Source of the DNA: an uncultured Sedimentitalea sp.
Lineage (GTDB): Bacteria; Pseudomonadota; Alphaproteobacteria; Rhodobacterales; Rhodobacteraceae
Direction: 5' to 3'
DNA: 64,000 nt
Assembly (NCBI GenBank): GCA_947504115.1
Contig: CANNGH010000007.1
Location: 61,904 to 125,903 of the forward strand
This document shows, piece after piece, positions 27,482 to 37,224 of this stretch. The notes below the pieces were generated by a model. It searched no databases. It was not told the DNA's origin and worked only from the letters and a program-made list of their open reading frames with translations. The position numbers and the translations under genes were made by a program. How positions within the stretch are numbered: the stretch's first letter is position 1; each line of letters starts with the position of its first letter.

Positions 27482-29761
27482 ATGTCCGACAATCAGACCT
27501 TTCGACAGGCCGCACTTTCTTATCACGAGTTTCCCAAACCCGGAAAACTGGAGATACGGGCGACCAAACCGATGGCCAATGGCCGCGATCTGGCCCGCGC
27601 CTATTCGCCGGGCGTGGCCGAAGCATGTCTGAAGATCCAGTCCACCCCCGCCGATGCCGCGCGCTATACGATCAAGGGCAATCTGGTCGGCGTCGTGACC
27701 AACGGCACCGCCGTTCTGGGCCTGGGCAATATCGGCGCGCTGGCGGCCAAACCGGTGATGGAGGGCAAGGCCGTCCTGTTCAAGAAATTCGCCAATATCG
27801 ACTGTTTCGATATCGAGTTGAACGAGGCCGATCCCGAAAAGCTGGCCGAACTGGTCTGCGCGATGGAGCCGACCTTCGGCGCCATAAACCTCGAAGACAT
27901 CAAGGCGCCGGATTGCTTCATCGTCGAGAAGATCTGCCGCGAGCGGATGAACATTCCGGTTTTCCACGATGACCAGCACGGCACCGCTATCGTCGTCGGC
28001 GCCGCCGCCACCAATGCGCTCCATGTGGCCGGCAAGCGGTTCGAGGATATCCGCATCGTCAGCACCGGTGGCGGCGCGGCCGGGATCGCCTGCCTGAAGC
28101 TGTTGGTGAAACTGGGGGTCAAGCGCGAGAATATCTGGCTGTGCGACGTTCATGGGCTGGTGCACGAGGGCCGCGAGATCGACATGAACCCGCAAAAGGC
28201 CGCTTTCGCGCAGGACACCGACCTGCGCACGCTGGATCAGGTGATCGACGGTGCCGACATGTTTCTGGGGCTGAGCGGTCCGAACGTGCTGACACCGGAC
28301 ATGGTGCGGCGGATGACCAGCCAGCCGATCATATTCGCGCTGGCCAATCCGGAACCCGAGATTCAGCCCGACGCCGCACGCGAGGCCGCCCCCGACGCAA
28401 TCATCGCCACCGGGCGCAGCGACGTGCCGAACCAGGTCAACAACGTGCTGTGTTTTCCCTTCATCTTCCGCGGCGCGCTGGATGTGGGCGCCACGCAGAT
28501 CAACGACGCGATGCAGATCGCCTGCGTCAACGGCATCGCCGAACTGGCCCGCACCACCACCAGCGCCGAGGCGGCGGCGGCCTATCGGGGCGAACTGATG
28601 ACGTTCGGCCCCGATTACCTGATCCCCAAGCCGTTTGACCGCAGGCTGGTGGCCGTCGTGTCCTCGGCCGTGGCGCAGGCGGCGATGGACAGCGGCGTGG
28701 CGACGCGCCCGATCGAGGACATGTCAGCCTATCGCGACAAGCTGCACCAAAGCGTGTTCCGCTCGGCCCTGCTGATGCGCCCGGTCTTCGATGCGGCCAG
28801 GACCGTCGCGCGCCGCATCGTCTTTGCCGAGGGCGAGGACGAGCGCGTGCTGCGGGCCGCGCAGGCGTTGCTCGAGGAAACACCGGTGGTCCCGATCCTG
28901 ATCGGCCGCCCCGACGTGATCGGCGCACGCTGCGACCGGCTGGGTTTGAACATCCGGCCCGAGCGCGATTTTCAGTTGGTGAACCCCGAAAACGATCCGC
29001 GCTATTACGATTACTGGACCAGCTATCATGCCCTCATGCAACGCCGTGGCGTGACGCCCGATCTGGCCAAGGCGATCATGCGCACCAACACCACAGCCAT
29101 CGGTGCGATCATGGTGCACCGCGACGAAGCCGACAGCCTGATCTGCGGCACCTTCGGCGAGTTCAGCTGGCACATGAATTATATCACGCAGGTTCTGGGG
29201 CGCACCAATCTGCATCCGCAGGGCGCGCTGTCGATGATGATTCTCGAAAGCGGGCCGCTATTCGTCGCCGATACGCAGGTGCACCAACTGCCCGACCCCG
29301 AGTCGCTGGCCGAGATCACCATTGGTGCCGCCCGCCATGTGCGCCGGTTCGGCATTGAGCCCAACATCGCCCTGTGTTCGCAGTCTCAATTCGGCACCCA
29401 GAACGATCCTGCAGGATCGGGGCCGCGCATTCGCGCCGCGCTCGAGATCCTCGACAGCGCGCCGCGCGATTTCGTCTATGAGGGCGAGATGAACGTGGAA
29501 ACCGCGCTGGATCCGGAGCTGCGCGCGCGGATCTTTCCCGCGACACGCATGGAAGGCATCGCCAACGTTCTGGTCTTTGCCCATGCCGATGCGGCCAGCG
29601 GTGTGCGCAACATCCTGAAGATGCGGGCCGACGGGCTCGAGGTGGGGCCGATCCTGATGGGCATGGGCAACCGCGCCCATATCGTCGCGCCCTCGATCAC
29701 GCCGCGCGGGTTGCTGAACATGGCCGCCATCGCCGGCACGCCGGTCGCGCATTACGGCTGA
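27482..29761 (+). CDS. maeB: NADP-dependent malic enzyme (MaeB type, malic enzyme plus phosphotransacetylase-like domain)
   Basis: ORF 27353..29761 trimmed to ATG 27482 (MSDNQTFRQAALSYHEFPKPGKLEIRATKP…YSPGVAEAC). The C-terminal ~330 aa are PTA-like. Confidence 0.9.
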   Translation: MSDNQTFRQAALSYHEFPKPGKLEIRATKPMANGRDLARAYSPGVAEACLKIQSTPADAARYTIKGNLVGVVTNGTAVLGLGNIGALAAKPVMEGKAVLFKKFANIDCFDIELNEADPEKLAELVCAMEPTFGAINLEDIKAPDCFIVEKICRERMNIPVFHDDQHGTAIVVGAAATNALHVAGKRFEDIRIVSTGGGAAGIACLKLLVKLGVKRENIWLCDVHGLVHEGREIDMNPQKAAFAQDTDLRTLDQVIDGADMFLGLSGPNVLTPDMVRRMTSQPIIFALANPEPEIQPDAAREAAPDAIIATGRSDVPNQVNNVLCFPFIFRGALDVGATQINDAMQIACVNGIAELARTTTSAEAAAAYRGELMTFGPDYLIPKPFDRRLVAVVSSAVAQAAMDSGVATRPIEDMSAYRDKLHQSVFRSALLMRPVFDAARTVARRIVFAEGEDERVLRAAQALLEETPVVPILIGRPDVIGARCDRLGLNIRPERDFQLVNPENDPRYYDYWTSYHALMQRRGVTPDLAKAIMRTNTTAIGAIMVHRDEADSLICGTFGEFSWHMNYITQVLGRTNLHPQGALSMMILESGPLFVADTQVHQLPDPESLAEITIGAARHVRRFGIEPNIALCSQSQFGTQNDPAGSGPRIRAALEILDSAPRDFVYEGEMNVETALDPELRARIFPATRMEGIANVLVFAHADAASGVRNILKMRADGLEVGPILMGMGNRAHIVAPSITPRGLLNMAAIAGTPVAHYG

Positions 29762-29767
29762 GGCACG

Positions 29768-29802
29768 AAAAAACGCCGCCGCAACGGGATATTGCGGCGG
29801 CG
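29768..29802 (-). terminator. intrinsic terminator (canonical on the minus strand; may also stop maeB transcription)
   Basis: A perfect 11-bp GC-rich stem CGCCGCCGCAA/TTGCGGCGGCG (29774..29784 and 29792..29802) with a 7-nt loop. On the minus strand it is followed by TTTTTT (29768..29773). Confidence 0.65.
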
Positions 29803-29817
29803 CGGGACGGCGCGTGA

Positions 29818-29871
29818 TCACTTCTTCGGTTTCGTGCCGGGTTTCGCCGGTTTGGCCTTCTTGTCGCCCAT
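29818..29871 (-). CDS. candidate 17-aa Lys/Pro-rich micro-protein (MGDKKAKPAKPGTKPKK)
   Basis: Too short for the ORF track. ATG at 29871 is preceded by AAGAGGGTG about 10 nt upstream. The stop at 29818 is followed 15 nt later by the canonical minus-strand terminator at 29768..29802. No homology can be assessed by eye. Confidence 0.35.
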   Translation of the reverse strand: MGDKKAKPAKPGTKPKK

Positions 29872-30089
29872 TGCAATTCACCCTCTTGCAGGTCGGACAG
29901 GCACTGCGCCGGTCCTGCCTCTCTTTTTATCATTGGAATTTAATGGAAATCTGACGTAATTTCGACATGCCTCATGTCGCAAATCCGCTCTCGATGCGCA
30001 GCGGTTCGGGCGATAGGTCGCAGATTGGCGCCTTGCGTGAACCGGTGTCCGATCAGTAAAACGCAAACGGAACCCGGAGGGAGCGAGAG

Positions 30090-31979
30090 ATGGGCTATAG
30101 CGAGGTCTATGACCGCTGGAAACAGGACCCCGAGGGGTTCTGGATGGACGCAGCCAAGGCGATCGACTGGGATCGCATGCCCTCCAAGGCGCTGTTTGAT
30201 GAAAATGCACCGCTTTACGAATGGTTCAGCGACGGCATGGTCAACACCTGCTGGAACGCGGTGGACCGGCACGTGGAACAGGGGCGCGGCGATCAGGTCG
30301 CGATCATCCACGACAGCCCGATCAGCGGCGTCACGCGGCGCATCACCTATGTGAACCTGCGCAACCGCGTCGCGCAACTGGCCGGGGCGCTGCGCGCCAA
30401 GGGCGTGGAAAAGGGCGACCGCGTCATCATCTACATGCCGATGATCCCCGAGGCGCTGGAGGCGATGCTGGCCTGCGCGCGTCTGGGCGCGATCCACTCG
30501 GTCGTTTTCGGCGGGTTTGCGGCCAGCGAACTGGCGGTGCGGATCGACGATTGCAAACCCAAGGCGATCATCGCCGCCTCCTGCGGGCTGGAGCCGGGCC
30601 GTGTCGTGCATTACAAGCCACTGCTGGACGGTGCGCTGAAGCATTGCGACCACCAGCCGGATTTCTGCGTGATCTTCCAGCGCGAACAGGATGTCGCGCA
30701 ACTGGTCGAAGGCCGCGACGTCAACTGGCACGGCTTTCAATACGGCGTGGAACCGGCCGAATGCGTCCCGGTCGAGGGCAATCACCCGGTCTATATCCTC
30801 TATACCAGCGGCACCACCGGCGCGCCCAAGGGTGTGGTGCGCCATACCGGCGGCCATCTGGTGGCACTGAACTGGACGATGAAGAACATCTACAACGTCG
30901 ATCCGGGCGATGTGTTCTGGGCGGCCTCGGATGTCGGCTGGGTCGTCGGTCATTCCTACATCTGCTACGCGCCGCTGATCCACGGCAACACCACCATCGT
31001 GTTCGAGGGCAAGCCGATCGGCACCCCCGATGCCGGCACGTTCTGGCGGGTGATCTCCGAACACAAGGTGCGCAGCTTCTTCACCGCGCCGACCGCCTTT
31101 CGCGCGATCAAGCGTGAGGATCCCAAGGGCGAGTTGATCAAGAAATACGACATGTCCTGCCTGCGCGCGCTGTATCTGGCGGGCGAGCGCGCCGACCCCG
31201 ACACCATCGAATGGGCGCAGAAGGTCATGCAGGTGCCGGTTTACGATCACTGGTGGCAGACCGAAACCGGCTGGACCATCGCCGGCAACCCGGCCGGGAT
31301 CGAGCCTCTGCCGGTCAAGATCGGATCGCCGACGGTGGCGATGCCCGGTTACGACGTGCAGATCCTCGACGAGGCGGGCCATCCCGTTCCGGCCGGCGAA
31401 CTGGGTGCCATCGCGATCAAGCTGCCGCTGCCGCCGGGCACGTTGCCAACGCTGTGGGAGGCCGAAGACCGGTTCCGCAAATCCTATCTCGACCATTTCC
31501 CCGGTTACTATGAAACCGGCGACGCGGGCATGAAGGATGAGGATGGGTATCTCTGGATCATGGCGCGCACCGATGACGTGATCAACGTCGCCGGGCACCG
31601 CCTGTCCACCGGCGCCATGGAAGAGGTGCTTGCCGCGCATCCCGATGTGGCGGAATGCGCCGTGGTCGGCGTTGTCGACGAACTGAAGGGTCATGTGCCG
31701 GTCGGCTTCGTGTGCCTGACCAAGGGCGTGGAGCGCACCGAGGGCGAGATCGTCAAGGAATGCGTCAAGATGATGCGCGACCGGATCGGCCCGGTCGCCG
31801 CCTTCAAGCTGGCCGTCGTGGTGGACCGGCTGCCCAAGACGCGGTCGGGCAAGATCCTGCGCGCAACCATGGCCAAGATCGCCGATAACGCGGACTTCAA
31901 GATGCCCGCCACCATCGAGGACCCGGCCATTCTGGACGAGATCCGCGACGCGCTGCGAACCATCGGCTACGCGCAATAG
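30090..31979 (+). CDS. prpE: propionate--CoA ligase (propionyl-CoA synthetase)
   Basis: 629 aa, with ATG preceded by GGAGGGAG. The ACS-like N-terminus is (YDRWKQDPEGFWMDAAKAIDW…YEWFSDGMVNTCWNAVDRH). The AMP motif is YTSGTTGAPKG. Length and the N-terminal pattern fit PrpE rather than Acs. Confidence 0.8.
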   Translation: MGYSEVYDRWKQDPEGFWMDAAKAIDWDRMPSKALFDENAPLYEWFSDGMVNTCWNAVDRHVEQGRGDQVAIIHDSPISGVTRRITYVNLRNRVAQLAGALRAKGVEKGDRVIIYMPMIPEALEAMLACARLGAIHSVVFGGFAASELAVRIDDCKPKAIIAASCGLEPGRVVHYKPLLDGALKHCDHQPDFCVIFQREQDVAQLVEGRDVNWHGFQYGVEPAECVPVEGNHPVYILYTSGTTGAPKGVVRHTGGHLVALNWTMKNIYNVDPGDVFWAASDVGWVVGHSYICYAPLIHGNTTIVFEGKPIGTPDAGTFWRVISEHKVRSFFTAPTAFRAIKREDPKGELIKKYDMSCLRALYLAGERADPDTIEWAQKVMQVPVYDHWWQTETGWTIAGNPAGIEPLPVKIGSPTVAMPGYDVQILDEAGHPVPAGELGAIAIKLPLPPGTLPTLWEAEDRFRKSYLDHFPGYYETGDAGMKDEDGYLWIMARTDDVINVAGHRLSTGAMEEVLAAHPDVAECAVVGVVDELKGHVPVGFVCLTKGVERTEGEIVKECVKMMRDRIGPVAAFKLAVVVDRLPKTRSGKILRATMAKIADNADFKMPATIEDPAILDEIRDALRTIGYAQ

Positions 31980-31993
31980 GCGGTTGCACTTCG

Positions 31994-32020
31994 CTGCGCC
32001 GCGCCTAGTCTGCGGCGCAG
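31994..32020 (+). terminator. GC-rich hairpin between prpE and the amidase gene (terminator/attenuator candidate, no U-tract)
   Basis: 9-bp perfect stem CTGCGCCGC/GCGGCGCAG with a 9-nt loop, ending 10 nt before the amidase ATG. Confidence 0.35.
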
Positions 32021-32030
32021 GAGAATTGCC

Positions 32031-33464
32031 ATGACAGATCAAGATCTTTGGCGCCTGAGCGCCACGGAAACCGCGACCGCCACCCGTGCCGGCGACATCA
32101 CCGCCGAGGCAGTGACCGACGCGTCGCTTGCCCGGATGGATGCGGTCAATCCGGCGCTGAACGCCGTGGTCGAAAGCCTCGCGGACGAGGCCCGCGCCCG
32201 TGCCCGCGCGCTGGATCGGGCGCGCGCGAAAGGGCAGGAAGCCGGACCGCTCCACGGCGTGCCGGTAACGATCAAGATCAATGTCGATCAGAAGGGGCAC
32301 GCCACCAGCAACGGCGTCGTCGCGTTGAAAGACCTGATCGCGCCGGATGACGCGCCGATCGTGCGCAACCTGCAAGATGCCGGCGCAGTGGTGATCGGAC
32401 GCACCAACACGCCCGAGTTTTCCTTTCGCGCCGACACCGACAACCCGCTGTTCGGACGCACGCGCAATCCGTGGGGCGATCACGTCTCGCCGGGTGGCAG
32501 TTCCGGCGGTGCCGGGGCGGCGGTAATGGCCGGGATCGGCGCGCTGGCGCATGGCAACGATATCGGCGGCTCCTTGCGCTTTCCCGCCGCCGCGAACGGG
32601 GCCGTGACGGTGAAACCGGGGCTGGGCCGCGTGCCGGCGTGGAACCCCAGCCAGAACGGAACCGAGCGCGGGATGCTGGCGCAGGCGATGTCGGTGCAGG
32701 GGCTGATCGTGCGCGCCGCCGAGGATCTGCACCTGTCGATGCCGGCCGCCATCGCGCCCGATATCCGCGATCCGTTCCACGTTCCCCTGCCCTGGCACGG
32801 CGCCGCGATAGACGGCCCGATCCGCGTCGGCTTCACCAAGGAGACCGGCGGGTTCGACCTCGACCCCGAGGTTTCGGAGGCGCTGGATACCGCGCGCGAT
32901 GCGCTGCGCGATGCGGGGTATGTGGTGGAAGAGATCACACCGCCCGATCTGCACGACACCGCGATGACCGGCTATCGCGCCCTGCTGGGCGAGGTGCGCG
33001 CGCTGATGGGGCCCGATATCCGCGCCACCGGCTCGCCCACGATCAACGCGATTTTTTCCGAGTATTTCGACCAGTTCCAGCCCTTCGAAGGGGTCGAATT
33101 GCTGCGTGCCATGGCCCAGCGCAGCCACTACGCGCGTCAATGGGCCGAGTTGCAGGAAACCTGGCCGCTGGTGGTGACCCCGTTCCTGCCGCATCCGTTC
33201 TTCGCACCCGACCGGGATACACAAGGCGCCGATGGCGTGCGCGACGTGCTGGGCGCGGCGCTTTGGTCCTATGCGATGAACTTCATGGGACTGCCCGCAG
33301 GCTCGGTTCCCACCCAGCTGGTCGAGTTCCCCAAAGGACCGCAGCCGATCAACGTCCAGATCGTCGGGCGGCGCTGGCGCGAGGATCTGGTCGTCGATGC
33401 CTGCGCAGCCATCGAGGCCCGCGTTGGGCGGATGTGCGAGCGGCTTTGGCCGCGGATGGGCTGA
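32031..33464 (+). CDS. amidase (amidase-signature family)
   Basis: 477 aa. It has the AS signature: …GPLHGVPVTIK…GGSSGGAGAAV…GNDIGGSLRFPA…. Confidence 0.85.
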   Translation: MTDQDLWRLSATETATATRAGDITAEAVTDASLARMDAVNPALNAVVESLADEARARARALDRARAKGQEAGPLHGVPVTIKINVDQKGHATSNGVVALKDLIAPDDAPIVRNLQDAGAVVIGRTNTPEFSFRADTDNPLFGRTRNPWGDHVSPGGSSGGAGAAVMAGIGALAHGNDIGGSLRFPAAANGAVTVKPGLGRVPAWNPSQNGTERGMLAQAMSVQGLIVRAAEDLHLSMPAAIAPDIRDPFHVPLPWHGAAIDGPIRVGFTKETGGFDLDPEVSEALDTARDALRDAGYVVEEITPPDLHDTAMTGYRALLGEVRALMGPDIRATGSPTINAIFSEYFDQFQPFEGVELLRAMAQRSHYARQWAELQETWPLVVTPFLPHPFFAPDRDTQGADGVRDVLGAALWSYAMNFMGLPAGSVPTQLVEFPKGPQPINVQIVGRRWREDLVVDACAAIEARVGRMCERLWPRMG

Positions 33465-33465
33465 A

Positions 33466-33536
33466 CCGTCGGAGTGGGGGTTTCACACCCCCACACCCCC
33501 CGTGGGATATTTTTCGCCAGAAGAAGGAAGGGCGTC
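33466..33536 (-). repeat. REP/MITE-like intergenic element, copy 2 (inverted relative to copy 1)
   Basis: It fills the whole 70-bp gap between the convergent amidase (stop 33464) and nadK (stop 33535). It carries the same TGGGGGT/ACCCCCA hairpin and the GGGATATTTTTCGCCAGAAGAAGGAAGGGCGT arm. Confidence 0.8.
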
Positions 33537-34296
33537 AGGTAAACTGTTCGGAAATCAGGCGCTCTTCCAGCCCGTGTCCCGGATCGAACAGCAGAGAGTG
33601 GCGAATGGTCGGTTCGGAGCGGATTTCCACCCGGTCGACATCTTCGACCTGAATCGAATCCGCATCGGCGACGACGGGGCGTTTTTCCGCCTCCAGCACG
33701 TCGAAACGCACATGCGCCGTCTTGGGCAGCAGCGCGCCCCGCCACCGGCGCGGGCGAAAAGCGGCGATGGCGGTCAGGGCCAGAACGTCCGACCCGATCG
33801 GCAGGATCGGACCGTGAGCCGAATAATTGTAGGCGGTCGATCCGGCGGGCGTGGCCAGCAGCGCGCCGTCGCAGGACAGTTCCGCCAACCGCAGGCGGCC
33901 ATCCACGGTAATGCGCAGCTTGGCCGCCTGAGGGCCGGCGCGCAGAATCGAAACCTCGTTTATCGCCAGCGCCTTGTGGACCTTGCCCGAGCGGTCGGTG
34001 GCGCGCATCGACAGCGGGTTTATCACCTCTTCCTCGGCGGCACGCAGGCGCTCGATCAGATCGCTTTCGCTGTATTCGTTCATCAGGAAACCGATGGTGC
34101 CGCGGTTCATGCCATAGACCGGCGCCGGCAATTCCTGACTTGCATGCAATGTGCGCAGCATGAAGCCATCCCCGCCCAGCGCTACGATCACATCCGCCCG
34201 ATCCGGCGGAACATCGCCATAGCGTCCGATCAACGCGGCGCGCGCCGTGTGCGCCACCGGCGCCTCGCTGGCGAGAAAGGCGATTTTCAGGGTCAT
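33535..34296 (-). CDS. nadK: NAD+ kinase
   Basis: ORF 33535..34386 trimmed to ATG 34296 ([22 protein letters not shown]…[16 protein letters not shown]). The GGDG motif and NE/D…TPAGSTAYN block are present. Confidence 0.85.
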   Translation of the reverse strand: MTLKIAFLASEAPVAHTARAALIGRYGDVPPDRADVIVALGGDGFMLRTLHASQELPAPVYGMNRGTIGFLMNEYSESDLIERLRAAEEEVINPLSMRATDRSGKVHKALAINEVSILRAGPQAAKLRITVDGRLRLAELSCDGALLATPAGSTAYNYSAHGPILPIGSDVLALTAIAAFRPRRWRGALLPKTAHVRFDVLEAEKRPVVADADSIQVEDVDRVEIRSEPTIRHSLLFDPGHGLEERLISEQFT

Positions 34297-34444
34297 GTCG
34301 AAGGCGTCCGGTATTGCGTTTTCCGTGCCGAACCAACCACAACTTTGCCTGCTATGCCAGCCTTCGAATTCAGTGCTTTCCGGCACCGCGACTTTCCTCT
34401 AGGACATCCGGCCAGTCAACGCCTTCAACCGATCGGAGCACATC

Positions 34445-35740
34445 ATGAGCAATCCCCAAGAGAAGCAGACCTTTTTCACCGCGCCGCTGTCGGAGACCGA
34501 CCCGGATGTTTACGCGTCGATCACCGGCGAACTGGGCCGGCAGCGCGACGAGATCGAACTGATCGCCAGCGAGAACATCGTCTCGAACGCCGTGCTGCAG
34601 GCGCAGGGGTCGATCATGACCAACAAATACGCCGAAGGATATCCCGGCCGGCGCTATTACGGCGGCTGCGATTACGTGGACATCGCCGAGAACCTGGCGA
34701 TCGACCGCGCCAAGCAGCTGTTCGGCTGCGGCTTTGCCAACGTGCAGCCGAATTCGGGCAGCCAGGCCAACCAGGGCGTGTTCACCGCGCTGCTGACGCC
34801 CGGCGACACCATCCTGGGCATGTCCCTCGATGCCGGCGGCCACCTGACCCACGGCGCCGCCCCGAACCAGTCGGGCAAGTGGTTCAACGCCGTGCAATAC
34901 GGCGTGCGCCGTGAGGACAACCGCCTGGATTACGACCAGGTCGAGACGCTGGCCAAGGAACACAGCCCCAAGATGATCATCGCCGGGGGCAGCGCGATCC
35001 CGCGCCAGATCGATTTCAAGCGCATGCGCGAGATCGCCGACATGGTGGGCGCCTATCTGCTGGTGGACATGGCGCATTTCGCCGGGCTGGTGGCGGCGGG
35101 CGAACATCCCAGCCCGTTCCCGCATGCCCATGTCGCCACCACGACGACGCACAAGACCCTGCGCGGCCCGCGCGGCGGCATGATCCTGACCAATGACGAG
35201 GCGCTGGCCAAGAAGTTCAACTCGGCAATCTTCCCCGGCATCCAGGGCGGGCCGCTGATGCACGTGATCGCGGGCAAGGCGGTGGCCTTCGGCGAGGCGC
35301 TGCGCCCCGAATTCAAGGGCTACATCCAGAACGTGATCACCAATGCGCAGGCGCTGTCGGATCAACTGATCAAGGGCGGTCTGGACACGGTGACCGGGGG
35401 CACGGACACCCATGTGGTTCTGGTCGACCTGCGGCCCAAGGGCGTCAAGGGCAGCGACACCGAAAAGGCGCTGGGGCGCGCGCATATCACCTGCAACAAG
35501 AACGGCGTGCCGTTCGATCCGGAAAAGCCCACCGTGACCAGCGGCATCCGCCTCGGCTCGCCCGCGGGCACGACGCGCGGCTTCGGCGAGGCCGAGTTCC
35601 GCCAGATCGCCGACTGGATCATCGAGGTGGTGGACGGCCTGGCCGCCAACGGCGCCGACGGCAATGCCGATGTCGAGGACAAGGTGCGCAAGGAGGTCGA
35701 GGCGCTCTGCAAGACCTTCCCGCTTTATCCGAACCTGTAA
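34445..35740 (+). CDS. glyA: serine hydroxymethyltransferase
   Basis: 431 aa. Diagnostic blocks are …[10 protein letters not shown]…, [14 protein letters not shown], and the PLP-lysine block [14 protein letters not shown]. Confidence 0.95.
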   Translation: MSNPQEKQTFFTAPLSETDPDVYASITGELGRQRDEIELIASENIVSNAVLQAQGSIMTNKYAEGYPGRRYYGGCDYVDIAENLAIDRAKQLFGCGFANVQPNSGSQANQGVFTALLTPGDTILGMSLDAGGHLTHGAAPNQSGKWFNAVQYGVRREDNRLDYDQVETLAKEHSPKMIIAGGSAIPRQIDFKRMREIADMVGAYLLVDMAHFAGLVAAGEHPSPFPHAHVATTTTHKTLRGPRGGMILTNDEALAKKFNSAIFPGIQGGPLMHVIAGKAVAFGEALRPEFKGYIQNVITNAQALSDQLIKGGLDTVTGGTDTHVVLVDLRPKGVKGSDTEKALGRAHITCNKNGVPFDPEKPTVTSGIRLGSPAGTTRGFGEAEFRQIADWIIEVVDGLAANGADGNADVEDKVRKEVEALCKTFPLYPNL

Positions 35741-35748
35741 ACGACTTC

Positions 35749-35775
35749 GCGCCCCCTTTTCTGCAAAGGGGGCGC
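35749..35775. terminator. GC-rich hairpin between convergent glyA and tmm (bidirectional terminator candidate)
   Basis: GCGCCCCCTTT(t)-ctgc-(a)AAAGGGGGCGC, an 11-12 bp perfect stem. It is flanked by T- and A-runs that are internal to the stem. Confidence 0.5.
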
Positions 35776-35826
35776 GCAATCACGATCCGTCGATCCAGAC
35801 GCGATGGCGTCAGCGGACCGGCATCG

Positions 35827-37197
35827 TCAGACCTGCTCTTCGAGAACCGGTTCGTTCTGCAGATAGACCTCGAGCGAATCGTCGAGCGCGTCTTTCCACG
35901 GCGTATGGTGCAAGGGCGCCATCGTTCCCGTGATCACCGACCTGTAGGATTTGTCGCGGAAGCGCATGATGTCTTCCTTCTTGTGATCCTTCCAGGCAAA
36001 GAACGCCTCGCAGGCGCCCTGCACGTCGAAGGCAGGGTAATCGGTTTCCGCGATCAGTTCCTTGACATAATCGCCTTGATACTGGATCGCGTCCTTGTCG
36101 CCCTCGCCCTCGTCCTCGCGTGCGATCCGCTCTTCGACATCCGCCTTGAGAACATTGATGTCCGTGGGGATTTCGATCTTGCCCATGATGGCGTCGCGGA
36201 CCCACCAGGCTTGCGCGTCGAACATGTTGAACGTGAACCACTGGTCCTGCATGCCCAGATAGAACATCTTGGTATTGTTGACGAAAACAACGCCCTTGTA
36301 CAGATCCGCCGTCGCCAGACGGTTCGTGGTCTTCAGGCGCAGATCGTCGGGCAGGAAGTTGAAGAAATGCTTGTAGCCGGTGCACAGGATGATCGCATCA
36401 ACGTCGCGCGAGGTGCCGTCCTTGAAATGCGCGGTCTTGCCGTCCAGCTTGACCAGCCCCGGAACCTCATCCCAGTTATCGGGCCATTTGAAACCCATCG
36501 GCGCGCTGCGATAGGATGTGGTGATGGATTTCGCGCCGTATTTCCAGCATTGCGAGCCGATATCCTCCGCCGAATAGGACGAACCGAGCAGCAGCAGATC
36601 CTTGCCTTCGAATTCACACGCATCGCGGAAATCATGGGCATGAAGGATGCGGCCTTTGAAATCCTCGAACCCTTCGTAATAGGGGACGTTGGGTGTGGTA
36701 AAGTGGCCCGAGGCACAGATCACGTAGTCGAAGGTTTCCTCGTAAGTGGAATCCTTGTCCTGATCGTGCGCGGTGATGGTGAAGGTCTCGTCGCTTTCGT
36801 TATAGCGCACGAAACGCACCGGCGTGTTGAACCGGATCCAGTCGCGGATGCCCGCCTTGAGCACGCGGCCCTCGATATAGTCGAACAGGACGGCGCGGGG
36901 CGGATACGAGGCGATCTGCTTGCCGAAATGTTCCTCGAACGAGTAATCGGCGAATTCCAATCCCTCTTTCGGGCCGTTGGACCACAGATAACGATACATG
37001 GACGAGTGGACCGGCTCGCCGTTTTCGTCCAGTCCGGTGCGCCAGGTATAGTTCCAGAGGCCACCCCAGTTGCTCTGCCGCTCGAAACACACGATTTCGG
37101 GAATTTCCTCGCCGTTCCGGCGCGCCGATTCGAACGCACGCATTTGGGCAAGTCCGGATGGGCCGGCACCGATGATGGCTACTCTCTTTGATGTCAT
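35827..37197 (-). CDS. tmm: trimethylamine monooxygenase (bacterial flavin-containing monooxygenase)
   Basis: ORF 35827..37212 starts at a GTG. I prefer ATG 37197 ([17 protein letters not shown]), which has GGGGAA upstream. Motifs: FAD GAGPSG, FMO motif [11 protein letters not shown] (FxGxxxHxxxF), NADPH GSSYSA, and LCTGYKH. The whole sequence is collinear with bacterial Tmm as I recall it. Confidence 0.9.
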   Translation of the reverse strand: MTSKRVAIIGAGPSGLAQMRAFESARRNGEEIPEIVCFERQSNWGGLWNYTWRTGLDENGEPVHSSMYRYLWSNGPKEGLEFADYSFEEHFGKQIASYPPRAVLFDYIEGRVLKAGIRDWIRFNTPVRFVRYNESDETFTITAHDQDKDSTYEETFDYVICASGHFTTPNVPYYEGFEDFKGRILHAHDFRDACEFEGKDLLLLGSSYSAEDIGSQCWKYGAKSITTSYRSAPMGFKWPDNWDEVPGLVKLDGKTAHFKDGTSRDVDAIILCTGYKHFFNFLPDDLRLKTTNRLATADLYKGVVFVNNTKMFYLGMQDQWFTFNMFDAQAWWVRDAIMGKIEIPTDINVLKADVEERIAREDEGEGDKDAIQYQGDYVKELIAETDYPAFDVQGACEAFFAWKDHKKEDIMRFRDKSYRSVITGTMAPLHHTPWKDALDDSLEVYLQNEPVLEEQV

Positions 37198-37212
37198 TGC
37201 GTTTTTCCCCAC

Positions 37213-37224
37213 TGGTATGAACCA
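37213..37224. promoter_or_regulatory. TGGT-N4-ACCA palindrome (candidate FadR-subfamily GntR operator) at the tmm translation start
   Basis: The sequence acTGGTATGAACCAct sits 16 nt upstream of the preferred tmm ATG, in the tmm / binding-protein divergent region. The half-site TGGTATG recurs at 39694..39700, upstream of the ABC operon. Confidence 0.3.

Noticed and set aside
29940-33224. 1094-aa minus-strand ORF spanning prpE and most of the amidase gene
   Set aside because: It crosses an intergenic region and two well-supported plus-strand genes. The composition is low-complexity, so it is not credible as a gene.
34405-34425. GTTGACTGGCC on the minus strand in the nadK/glyA divergent region, reminiscent of the GACUGGCG box of the ZTP (pfl) riboswitch, which often precedes glyA and folate genes
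   Set aside because: In this orientation it would precede nadK, not glyA. I could not find the conserved 3' CCGCCUGGGC-type pseudoknot partner or the flanking helices. This should only be revisited with an Infernal scan.
33269-34914. ORFs 33269..34342 (-), 33397..34914 (+) and the N-terminal extension of nadK to 34386
   Set aside because: They are out of frame or antisense relative to nadK/glyA and include translated REP sequence. The nadK start at 34296 gives the normal NAD kinase N-terminus.
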